A stretch of 24,000 nucleotides of DNA, from the NCBI GenBank assembly GCA_050330855.1, contig JBHJNL010000051.1, forward strand, positions 1 to 24,000. Direction: 5' to 3'. Shown here piece after piece: positions 1 to 6,000 of the stretch (positions are counted from its first letter, which is position 1; each line of letters begins with the position of its first letter). The stretch is from Thermosynechococcaceae cyanobacterium. Its GTDB lineage: Bacteria > Cyanobacteriota > Cyanobacteriia > Thermosynechococcales > Thermosynechococcaceae. The translations under genes and the position numbers were made by a program. The notes under the pieces were generated by a model, which saw only the letters and a program-made list of their open reading frames with translations, searched no databases and was not told the origin of the DNA.

Positions 1-517
1 GAGCGACAGCCCTACGAACCGGTAATGCAAATAGAATCAGAGCCGACCAGTCCACTAAAGTTCCGGCGATAAAGATTTTTAGATCCACTCCATTCTGAAG
101 CACGGCCCGAGAGGCGAGAAAACAGTAGGCCACAATAGCAAGACCAATGATCAGCCAGTGCCGTTGCTTTTTACCCATGAGGCCAGCAGCTAGACTTGCG
201 ATAGCAGCCCCTCCCACCGTCACCGGCAACACCCCCGCCGTATAGGGCGCTAAAAACGCCCCAATAAAAACCCCAATACTGCAGGCCACCGCCCCCGCTA
301 CCGGCCCCAACAAAAAACCAAGTAGCGGTAAAATACCGCCGCTTAACGGAACCGCACTAGCTGAAGTCCCCAGCGTGATTGAGATCGGAATAAAGGATAG
401 CGCCGTCACCACCGCCGCCAAAACAATAATGTAGGCGATGGGGGTGCCATCAATAGAGGCACTGCCTAAAAAGCGAACCTCGCGCTCCTGGGCCTCTGCA
501 GGAATTTTGATCGTCAT
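1..517 (-). CDS. Integral membrane protein, 3'-truncated by the window edge; family not recognised (permease or ECF S-component-like)
   Basis: Absent from the ORF track because it runs off the left edge. The minus-strand ATG is at 517-515. I hand-translated 172 codons down to position 2 with no stop: MTIKIPAEAQEREVRFLGSASIDGTPIAYIIVLAAVVTALSFIPISITLGTSASAVPLSGGILPLLGFLLGPVAGAVACSIGVFIGAFLAPYTAGVLPVTVGGAAIASLAAGLMGKKQRHWLIIGLAIVAYCFL... The Gly/Ala/Leu/Ile-rich segments look like several transmembrane helices. Confidence 0.55.
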   Translation of the reverse strand, partial: MTIKIPAEAQEREVRFLGSASIDGTPIAYIIVLAAVVTALSFIPISITLGTSASAVPLSGGILPLLGFLLGPVAGAVACSIGVFIGAFLAPYTAGVLPVTVGGAAIASLAAGLMGKKQRHWLIIGLAIVAYCFLASRAVLQNGVDLKIFIAGTLVDWSALILFALPVRRAVA

Positions 518-577
518 CGCGCTCCAGTTTTCCGTTAACCTTTTGGGAAGCGTAACACTATTATTCTTGGCTCCACC

Positions 578-1459
578 GTGCAACTTTGTCAGCGACCGGC
601 CCCCCTACAGCCTGGAGATCGTCTTTGGGTCACTCTCCCTAGCGGCCCTCTCCGCAATCGAGAGTCATTCGATAACGGCATCGAAGTGTGGCGGCAGCGC
701 GGCTACCACGTTGACCTTGCCCCCTGCCACCCGCCTCAATGGGGGTATCTAGCCGGGACCGATACCGACCGTCGTTTATCCCTTGAGCAGGGTCTTAAGG
801 ATAAGCAGTATCGTGCCGTTCTTTGTGGTCGAGGGGGGTACGGTGGGGCTAGATTACTAGAACAATGGCAGTGGCCCCCCGTCTCAAAATGGCTGGTGGG
901 CTTTTCTGATGTCACCAGTTTGTTATGGAGCCTCGCCCAAACCGGAGTCTCCGGGGTGCATGGCCCCGTTCTCACCACCCTCGCTGATGAGCCAGACTGG
1001 TCAGTGCAGCGTTTGTTTGACTGGGTAGAGGGGCGTGCGATAGCTCCCCTAAAGGGCACAGGTTGGAGCAGTGGCACAGTCACAGGAAAACTTTTACCTG
1101 CCAATCTAACGGTCGCCACTCATTTACTTGGTACCGCAGCACAGCCCGATCTATCGGACGTGATTTTGGCTTTTGAAGACGTAGGAGAAGCCCCCTATCG
1201 CATTGACCGCATGTTAACTCAGTGGCGAATGCAAGGACTCCTTCAGTCAGTTTGTGGCATTGCGTTAGGGCGATTCAGTGATTGCGATAGTTCTGGCAAT
1301 GTGTCAGTGGAAGAGGTTTTGCGCGATCGCATCGGCGACCTAGGGGTGCCAGTTGTAGCAGATCTGCCCTTTGGTCATCAGGGGGTTAATGCCGCGCTCC
1401 CTGTGGGTATGTTGGCCTGTCTCGATAGTGATCAGGGTAGCCTGACAGTCCTGCCGTAA
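578..1459 (+). CDS. ldcA: LD-carboxypeptidase (peptidase S66, muramoyltetrapeptide carboxypeptidase)
   Basis: 293-aa ORF with a GTG start. It has the N-terminal PLQPGDRLWV..PSG, the nucleophile motif VGFSDVTSLL, and the C-terminal DLPFGH typical of the S66 Ser-His-Glu family. Confidence 0.85.
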   Translation: MQLCQRPAPLQPGDRLWVTLPSGPLRNRESFDNGIEVWRQRGYHVDLAPCHPPQWGYLAGTDTDRRLSLEQGLKDKQYRAVLCGRGGYGGARLLEQWQWPPVSKWLVGFSDVTSLLWSLAQTGVSGVHGPVLTTLADEPDWSVQRLFDWVEGRAIAPLKGTGWSSGTVTGKLLPANLTVATHLLGTAAQPDLSDVILAFEDVGEAPYRIDRMLTQWRMQGLLQSVCGIALGRFSDCDSSGNVSVEEVLRDRIGDLGVPVVADLPFGHQGVNAALPVGMLACLDSDQGSLTVLP

Positions 1460-1484
1460 TGTCACAGTCTGCAGGAATCGCCCA

Positions 1485-2093
1485 CTACCCAATCCACTGC
1501 ACTTCAGAACTATCATCCGGTTGGATCAGAGTTGTTTTGGCTTGAGATAAGGTTGCTTTGGTATCCAAACCACGATCTTGGTGAGTGCTCGACTCCTCAA
1601 TGCCCGAAATTTCAGGACGTTTTTTCATCAACGCTCCCTCTAGTTTTTCTTGGGGGTATAGATAAGTGAGCAGAAAGTCTAACGTGGGCTGCTTAATGAC
1701 TCCTAACAAAACCGCTGCTGAACCAAAGCGTAGACCGGTTTGCCACTGCTCATGACAAACGGTATCAATTTGCGCTTGATCAACGAGCGCTGCTGCTTTT
1801 AGATAGTCACCGATACGTAGCTTCGCTGGCTCACAGATAGCCTTAATCCACTGTTCTGCAAAGAAGTCAGCCGTCTCTTGCTTCAGCCATCCCCGCAGTG
1901 CCAAGACTTCTCCCAATCGCATATCTGTATACAGCTCCTGATCATGGGCTGCGACAGAGATCTGAGCTGCAGAAATCAAACCAGCCTGCCGCAGAACCTC
2001 CCCAAGACGCTGCTGAGGAGACACTAGTCCCAGCGTCAGATCCTTTGATCGATAGGTTGTCGTGTGCATGGCAAGCGACTCTCTCAAGGACAA
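1485..2093 (-). CDS. Hypothetical protein with four 24-residue MshEN/T2SSE_N-like repeats arranged as two pairs
   Basis: 202-aa ORF. The repeats are RLGEVLRQAGLISAAQISVAAHDQ (aa 29-52), RLGEVLALRGWLKQETADFFAEQW (59-82), RIGDYLKAAALVDQAQIDTVCHEQ (93-116) and RFGSAAVLLGVIKQPTLDFLLTYL (122-145). The C-terminal third is polar and low in complexity. The start could instead be Met9 (2069). Confidence 0.7.
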   Translation of the reverse strand: MSLRESLAMHTTTYRSKDLTLGLVSPQQRLGEVLRQAGLISAAQISVAAHDQELYTDMRLGEVLALRGWLKQETADFFAEQWIKAICEPAKLRIGDYLKAAALVDQAQIDTVCHEQWQTGLRFGSAAVLLGVIKQPTLDFLLTYLYPQEKLEGALMKKRPEISGIEESSTHQDRGLDTKATLSQAKTTLIQPDDSSEVQWIG

Positions 2094-2257
2094 CTGGGAG
2101 CCTAGGGTTGTTAAGTTAGCGAAAAACGTTTAATCAACTAGACTGCCCGTAATTTGAACCAATATAACAAATAAGCTTGAGATCTCTACGTTTCTTAATA
2201 ATATACTGGGCTTTGATGCAAAAACTTGGCTCAGCGATGGAATCAGACGAACGATGG

Positions 2258-2809
2258 TTATCTTAGGGTGGGTGAACTCGCTCTCACTGGCTGCACCAGT
2301 GGCTCTACAGGCATGCCATTAAGACTGGTTTGGTAGACTTGCCATACGGCGGTACCCCCCAATGCGGTCATCGAACAAACCAACAACCCCGCCAAAATTT
2401 TGACTTGGCCCCGAAGTTGCTTGAGTTCTTGAAGCTGCGCCTCTGAGACAATACGTTTGTCTAGTGAAGGGACTGCGGTGGTCATAACGGCGGGCGCTTT
2501 GGGCTTAAACGACACCTTAGAACGCAGCCAGTTAACAATCAATTGTGGACAGTTTTTCTTGAACCAGCGTAGCGCAAAGATTTGGGCGACTGGCTTTGAC
2601 ATGCCGGCAAGGGTCCGCACCAACCGATTGGCCTGCTTTTTGGTCACGCGCTGGTTAATCAGGTTAACTGAACCGACTTCATAGAGACAACCAATGATTA
2701 GCTTGAGCGTAGTCTCTTCATTTTCAATCAAATGATTGAGCAGCAGCAGCACATTTTGCATTTGCTCTGCTTCTTTTTGCTTGTCCTCAGATGTTTTTTC
2801 GACTGACAT
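2258..2809 (-). CDS. Hypothetical protein with a C-terminal membrane anchor
   Basis: 183-aa ORF. It has an acidic N-terminus (SEDKQKEAEQ), a basic middle region, and one hydrophobic helix, ILAGLLVCSMTALGGTAVWQV, near the C-terminus. I recognise no family. The antisense ORF 2457-2684 is treated as a shadow. Confidence 0.55.
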   Translation of the reverse strand: MSVEKTSEDKQKEAEQMQNVLLLLNHLIENEETTLKLIIGCLYEVGSVNLINQRVTKKQANRLVRTLAGMSKPVAQIFALRWFKKNCPQLIVNWLRSKVSFKPKAPAVMTTAVPSLDKRIVSEAQLQELKQLRGQVKILAGLLVCSMTALGGTAVWQVYQTSLNGMPVEPLVQPVRASSPTLR

Positions 2810-3007
2810 GATTGTGTCAAAGGCCGCTCTTTTCCACAGTTTACCCCCGACCTAAGACGGGCATCTCTTACACCGCCAATTTCTGAATTGGAACATCGAT
2901 GCCCTTTACCATAGATTTTAAGGGGTGCTTGTCGATTTGTATGCCTGACGTATCGCCAGCAATCAATAAGCAGCCCAGCATTCTAGTTTATAAACCGAGG
3001 CTCTGAA

Positions 3008-3310
3008 ATGTCTGCACAATTACTTGACTCAGCCACAATCTCAGATCGAATGCTCACCCTACCTAACTGGACGACGGATGGTAAAGCTCTGTATATGACC
3101 GAGAAATTTAGCGATTTTGTCGAGGCGATTGCATTCGTCAATCAGCTTGTTTCACCGGCAGAGGCACTAGGACACCACCCCGACATCAACATCAGCTACA
3201 ACAAGGTATCCATCACAATGACAACCCATGATGCCGGGGGACTCACTGACTTAGACTTTCAGCTTGCCCAAACCATCTCAAACCTGGGTCGCAACGATCA
3301 AAGGTCATAA
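3008..3310 (+). CDS. phhB: Pterin-4-alpha-carbinolamine dehydratase (PCD/DCoH)
   Basis: 100-aa ORF with the hallmark ...FVNQLVSPAEALGHHPDINISYNKVSITMTTHDAGGLTDLDFQLA... (HHP motif). The size is typical of PCD. Confidence 0.85.
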   Translation: MSAQLLDSATISDRMLTLPNWTTDGKALYMTEKFSDFVEAIAFVNQLVSPAEALGHHPDINISYNKVSITMTTHDAGGLTDLDFQLAQTISNLGRNDQRS

Positions 3311-3319
3311 ACCTTTCAC

Positions 3320-3481
3320 CTAAGAGCAGGCCAGCACTGTAAACAAAACCGTAAAAAAGCCCACCATTGCCAGTCGGCCATTCCATATCTCTGCCTCACG
3401 TGTCCACCCCCACTCCCAGCGAACAGAAGGTTCGACTGTCTCAGGCGATGGGTTCGACTCGGCGGAAGAAGTTGTGTACAT
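3320..3481 (-). CDS. hli: High-light-inducible protein (HLIP/Scp, one-helix CAB-family protein)
   Basis: Below the ORF-track size cutoff. Hand translation of the minus strand gives MYTTSSAESNPSPETVEPSVRWEWGWTREAEIWNGRLAMVGFFTVLFTVLACS* (53 aa). It carries the chlorophyll-binding HLIP signature W-G-W-T-x-x-A-E-x-W-N-G-R-x-A-M-x-G-F followed by a single transmembrane helix. ATG at 3481-3479, TAG at 3322-3320. Confidence 0.8.
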   Translation of the reverse strand: MYTTSSAESNPSPETVEPSVRWEWGWTREAEIWNGRLAMVGFFTVLFTVLACS

Positions 3482-3546
3482 CAGAAAAATCCCAGAGCAA
3501 CTGCAGATAATAGCTTCGAAACAGATTTAAAATCTTGCCTTTGAGC

Positions 3547-3564
3547 TACTTAAACTATCTTAAC
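3547..3564 (-). promoter_or_regulatory. HLR1-like direct repeat (possible RpaB-type site) in the hli promoter
   Basis: The minus strand reads GTTAAGAT-AG-TTTAAGTA, two 8-mers with a 10-bp period. This fits the HLR1 layout (G/T)TTACA(T/A)(T/A)-nn-(G/T)TTACA(T/A)(T/A) except that the core is AAG rather than ACA. The proximal repeat lies 17 nt upstream of a candidate -10, TAAATC (3529-3524), about 40 nt before the hli ATG. Confidence 0.3.
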
Positions 3565-3684
3565 AATACTTCCATTATTTTAGTACGAAGTGTTTATTAA
3601 GGCTAGAGTCTTCAGTCTTGGGCTTTGCGATCGCCCATCTCGGCAAGGGGATTTCTCTGTTCATGGAGTCCCAAGCCTCGCAGC

Positions 3685-3767
3685 AAAAAAATAAACCTTT
3701 GGCCATCTGCGCGGCCAAAGGTTTGGGTGGGGTTGCTTAGCCGTGGGGGTACACTGCCAAGCGCTAT
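3685..3767 (-). ncRNA. Candidate small RNA, copy 1 (5' stem-loop, C-rich single strand, intrinsic terminator)
   Basis: Minus-strand reading: (AUA)GCGCUUGGC-A-GUG[UACCCCC]CAC-G-GCUAAGC AACCCCACCCAAA CCUUUGGCC[GCGCAGAU]GGCCAAAGG UUUAUUUUUUUG. The terminator stem is 3696-3704/3713-3721 and the T-tract is the complement of 3685-3695. The 46-nt core 3722-3767 is 45/46 identical to 3862-3907. The 5' end is approximate and no transcript data are available. Confidence 0.5.
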
Positions 3768-3789
3768 GTGAATAATCTATCTCTTATTT

Positions 3790-3808
3790 GTGAAGAACTA
3801 GAGAAATC
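3790..3808 (-). promoter_or_regulatory. Conserved box upstream of sRNA candidate copy 1 (possible promoter element)
   Basis: Plus-strand GTGAAGAAcTaGAGAA matches 14 of 16 positions of the equivalent box at 3929-3944. Both boxes sit the same distance (22-23 nt) from the conserved core. Candidate -10 hexamers lie between box and core (minus-strand TAGATT or TATTCA). Confidence 0.25.
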
Positions 3809-3822
3809 TATTGTGATGGCCT

Positions 3823-3907
3823 AAAAATGATCAAACCCCTAGCCGTCTGCTTGGCTAGGGGTTTGGGTGGGGTTGCTTAGCCGTGGGGGTACACTGCTAA
3901 GCGCTAT
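3823..3907 (-). ncRNA. Candidate small RNA, copy 2 (paralogue of copy 1)
   Basis: Minus-strand reading: (AUA)GCGCUUAGC-A-GUG[UACCCCC]CAC-G-GCUAAGC AACCCCACCCAAA CCCCUAGCC[AAGCAGAC]GGCUAGGGG UUUGAUCAUUUUU. The terminator stem is 3836-3844/3853-3861. It differs from copy 1 at three base pairs, and all three changes are compensatory. Confidence 0.5.
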
Positions 3908-3928
3908 ATCTAAAGGTAGGGCCAGACC

Positions 3929-3950
3929 GTGAAGAAGTCGAGAAGAATGC
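3929..3950 (-). promoter_or_regulatory. Conserved box upstream of sRNA candidate copy 2 (possible promoter element)
   Basis: Plus-strand GTGAAGAAgTcGAGAAgaatgc. See the box at 3790-3808. Minus-strand TAGATA (complement of 3907-3912) is a candidate -10. Confidence 0.25.
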
Positions 3951-4110
3951 AGCATCCTGCCGATCTTTCTGGGTACACAATCATGACCAACACTGAAATC
4001 GCCATCTGTACAGCTTTTGATCAGTAGAGTTTTGCTATTGATAGAAAGGTTTTCAGCTTCTTCACTAACGAAGATCTAGGCAAAGATTTTGGTATTTTGG
4101 TGAAAATGAC

Positions 4111-4116
4111 TATAAT
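4111..4116 (+). promoter_or_regulatory. Candidate -10 hexamer for nadA
   Basis: A perfect TATAAT in an AT-rich stretch, 46 nt upstream of the nadA GTG start. TTGGTA, 16 nt further upstream, is a weak -35. GGAAAGG (4146-4152) lies just before the start and could serve as a ribosome-binding site. Confidence 0.3.
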
Positions 4117-4161
4117 TAGAATAGTTAAGAATAAAGTAATGCCAAGGAAAGGTGCTGAGAC

Positions 4162-5121
4162 GTGTTTACTGTCCTTCCTCCATCCGAGACTGCACTTCCT
4201 CTAGATCTCAACGCTGCCGTCGACGATCTCAAGCGAGATCTCAATGCAGTTGTTTTGGCTCACTACTATCAAGAGCCTGGAATTCAGGATGCTGCTGATT
4301 ATATTGGTGATTCATTAGGTCTGTCGCGGCAGGCCGCCAGTACCAGCGCCGATGTTATCGTTTTTGCCGGAGTTCATTTCATGGCAGAGACGGCGAAAAT
4401 TCTCAATCCTAACAAGCTCGTGTTGCTGCCGGATCTAGAGGCGGGCTGCTCCTTAGCCGATAGCTGCCCACCGGAGCAGTTTGCTGCCTTCAAGTCGGCT
4501 TACCCCAATCATTTGGTGATTTCTTATATCAACTGCTCAGCGGCGATCAAGGCCATGAGCGATATTATTTGTACCAGTTCTAATGCAGTGCATATCGTGC
4601 AGCAGATTCCTGCCGATCAATCCATCATTTTTGCACCGGATAAGAACTTAGGGCGCTACGTCATGGAGCAAACTGGGCGGGAGATGGTCCTCTGGGACGG
4701 AAGCTGCATTGTTCACGAAACGTTTTCTGAGCGGAAGTTGATTGAGTTAAAGGTGCAGCATCCTCAGGCAAAGGTGATCGCCCATCCTGAATGCGAGTCA
4801 TCCGTTTTAAGACATGCTGATTTTGTGGGGTCTACAACGGCGTTGCTTAGCTATGCTCAAGGGAGCGACGTTGATACCTTTATCGTGGTAACTGAATCCG
4901 GGATTTTGCACCAAATGCAGAAGCAGCATCCTGGTAAGACCTATATTCCGGCACCGCCAATGGAAAACTGTGCCTGTAATGAGTGCCCTTATATGCGTCT
5001 TAATACTCTAGAGAAGCTATACCTTGCGATGAAGGAGCGTGGCCCTGATATTACGCTGTCAGAAGAGATTCGGGTAGCGGCCCTGAAGCCCATTCAGCGA
5101 ATGCTGGAGATGAGCGCATAG
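4162..5121 (+). CDS. nadA: Quinolinate synthase A
   Basis: 319-aa ORF with a GTG start. It shows the characteristic NadA blocks: AHYYQ, Dxx[47 protein letters not shown] and [11 protein letters not shown] (the [4Fe-4S] cysteines). Confidence 0.95.
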   Translation: MFTVLPPSETALPLDLNAAVDDLKRDLNAVVLAHYYQEPGIQDAADYIGDSLGLSRQAASTSADVIVFAGVHFMAETAKILNPNKLVLLPDLEAGCSLADSCPPEQFAAFKSAYPNHLVISYINCSAAIKAMSDIICTSSNAVHIVQQIPADQSIIFAPDKNLGRYVMEQTGREMVLWDGSCIVHETFSERKLIELKVQHPQAKVIAHPECESSVLRHADFVGSTTALLSYAQGSDVDTFIVVTESGILHQMQKQHPGKTYIPAPPMENCACNECPYMRLNTLEKLYLAMKERGPDITLSEEIRVAALKPIQRMLEMSA

Positions 5122-5171
5122 CAAAGTTCCCGCAAACGTTCTCCTTCAGTCTCGTTGCTAGAAATGATCAC

Positions 5172-5205
5172 AAAAAAGCCCCCGCAGCTCTGCAGAGGCT
5201 TTTTT
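5172..5205. terminator. Bidirectional intrinsic terminator shared by nadA (+) and tRNA-Leu (-)
   Basis: A6-GCCCCCGCAG-CT-CTGCAGAGGC-T6. This is a GC-rich imperfect hairpin with two mismatches, flanked by a 6-nt A run (5172-5177) and a 6-nt T run (5200-5205). Either strand therefore reads as a hairpin followed by a U-tract. It lies 50 nt after the nadA stop and 3 nt after the tRNA 3' end. Confidence 0.7.
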
Positions 5206-5207
5206 GA

Positions 5208-5289
5208 TGCGGATGGCGAGAATCGAACTCGCAAGGCTTACGCCACACGCCCCTCAAGCGTGCGTGTCTACCAATTCCACCACATCCGC
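5208..5289 (-). tRNA. tRNA-Leu (anticodon GAG), type II with long variable arm; CCA not encoded
   Basis: Minus strand: GCGGATG TG GTG GAATTGGTAGA CAC G CACGC TTGAGGG GCGTG TGGCGTAAGCCTT GCGAG TTCGATT CTCGC CATCCGC A. The acceptor, anticodon and T stems pair perfectly. The T-loop is TTCGATT and the anticodon loop is U-U-GAG-G-G. The variable arm is GGC-GTAA-GCC. Confidence 0.95.
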
Positions 5290-5523
5290 TTATTAATAAG
5301 CTGACAGTGAGGATGAAAGCTAAATTAGTATACCAACATATTCCCGATGCTGACCGTCATTTTTAGTGGCATTGATGGCTGGGCTGCGAAATATACGGAG
5401 GGCAAGGCACTGGAGCGATCATTTAAGCGTAAAAGTTCGGTATTTTCCCCTTCGTCAATCGGGTTTGCAGTGGCGATAGTAGTGGACAGACCGGTGTTTT
5501 GAGTCTGAGCTTGCTTTGGCGAG

Positions 5524-5754
5524 ATGACTGTCCCTTTACTGTTGGCCCCTTCCATGTCCGTTTCTCTGCAGCAGCGATTTATTGAATATTTGAAAACCGA
5601 GCTGGCGATTCCTGAAGCGTCCATTGCGGTGGTGCTGCGCCGGACGGGGTACCATCCGGGACAGCTTCATATTGTGCTTTGGCAGTATGGGCTGATTACG
5701 CTGCAGCAGCTTGAAAAAATTTTTGATTGGCTAGAAACCGCTCCGGTACTCTAA
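5524..5754 (+). CDS. DUF2949-family small cyanobacterial protein
   Basis: The 76-aa ORF ends ...LQQRFIEYLKTELAIPEASIAVVLRRTGYHPGQLHIVLWQYGLITLQQLEKIFDWLETAPVL. This matches my recollection of the cyanobacteria-restricted DUF2949 pattern (LWQYGLITLxQLDxIFDWL). The true start may be the internal ATG at 5554 (MSVSLQQ..., 66 aa). Confidence 0.7.
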   Translation: MTVPLLLAPSMSVSLQQRFIEYLKTELAIPEASIAVVLRRTGYHPGQLHIVLWQYGLITLQQLEKIFDWLETAPVL

Positions 5755-6000
5755 GCCCTAACGACAGGTTGCGGCTGGAGCAGATCGCCCCAATAGTGTT
5801 TTGACGATAAATGGCTCTTTTGCAGCAGACTGTACCGTGATTTCAGTGGCATCAGCAGGGATCTGGAAATCGCCCCAGGCATTGAGTCGCCACAGGTTAG
5901 GAGCTGTCTCTCCGCCGAAGGTTCGATCTAGACATATAGATAGCCATTATCAACGTCCACGCTACACTGATGACGACTGAAGTGAGATGAATAAGTAGTC

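Noticed and set aside
438-752. 104-aa plus-strand ORF spanning the divergent gap between the edge membrane gene and ldcA.
   Set aside because: It overlaps the 5' ends of two better-supported genes, the minus-strand membrane protein starting at 517 and ldcA from 578 in another frame. It has no recognisable features.
3685-3907. Tandem NAD+-I (nadA-motif) riboswitch. The evidence was two similar domains in tandem next to a nadA gene, plus a CAACCCC string reminiscent of the ACANCCCC bulge of that riboswitch.
   Set aside because: The CAACCCC string and the U-tracts are on the minus strand, pointing away from nadA, which is on the plus strand. The plus-strand reading (GGGGUUG) does not fit the motif. 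The C-rich segment lies between two independent hairpins rather than as a bulge enclosed by a P1 helix. As far as I know, the nadA motif is confined to Acidobacteria. A cmscan would settle this.
3947-4027. 26-aa plus-strand ORF (MQHPADLSGYTIMTNTEIAICTAFDQ) upstream of nadA, considered as a leader peptide.
   Set aside because: It has no Shine-Dalgarno sequence and no attenuator-like alternative hairpins. Its codon content has no obvious link to NAD biosynthesis. It also lies upstream of the best nadA promoter candidate (TATAAT at 4111). There is no evidence beyond an open frame.
5325-5624. 99-aa minus-strand ORF between tRNA-Leu and the DUF2949 gene.
   Set aside because: It has no recognisable motif and a low-complexity composition. 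Its 5' third overlaps the DUF2949 gene, which does have a recognisable family signature. It is most likely a chance ORF across the DUF2949 promoter and 5' region.
5767-5903. 45-aa minus-strand ORF (MPGAISRSLLMPLKSRYSLLQKSHLSSKHYWGDLLQPQPVVRA) in the gap between DUF2949 and the sbcD-like gene.
   Set aside because: It has no ribosome-binding site and no recognisable motif. I have no evidence of conservation.
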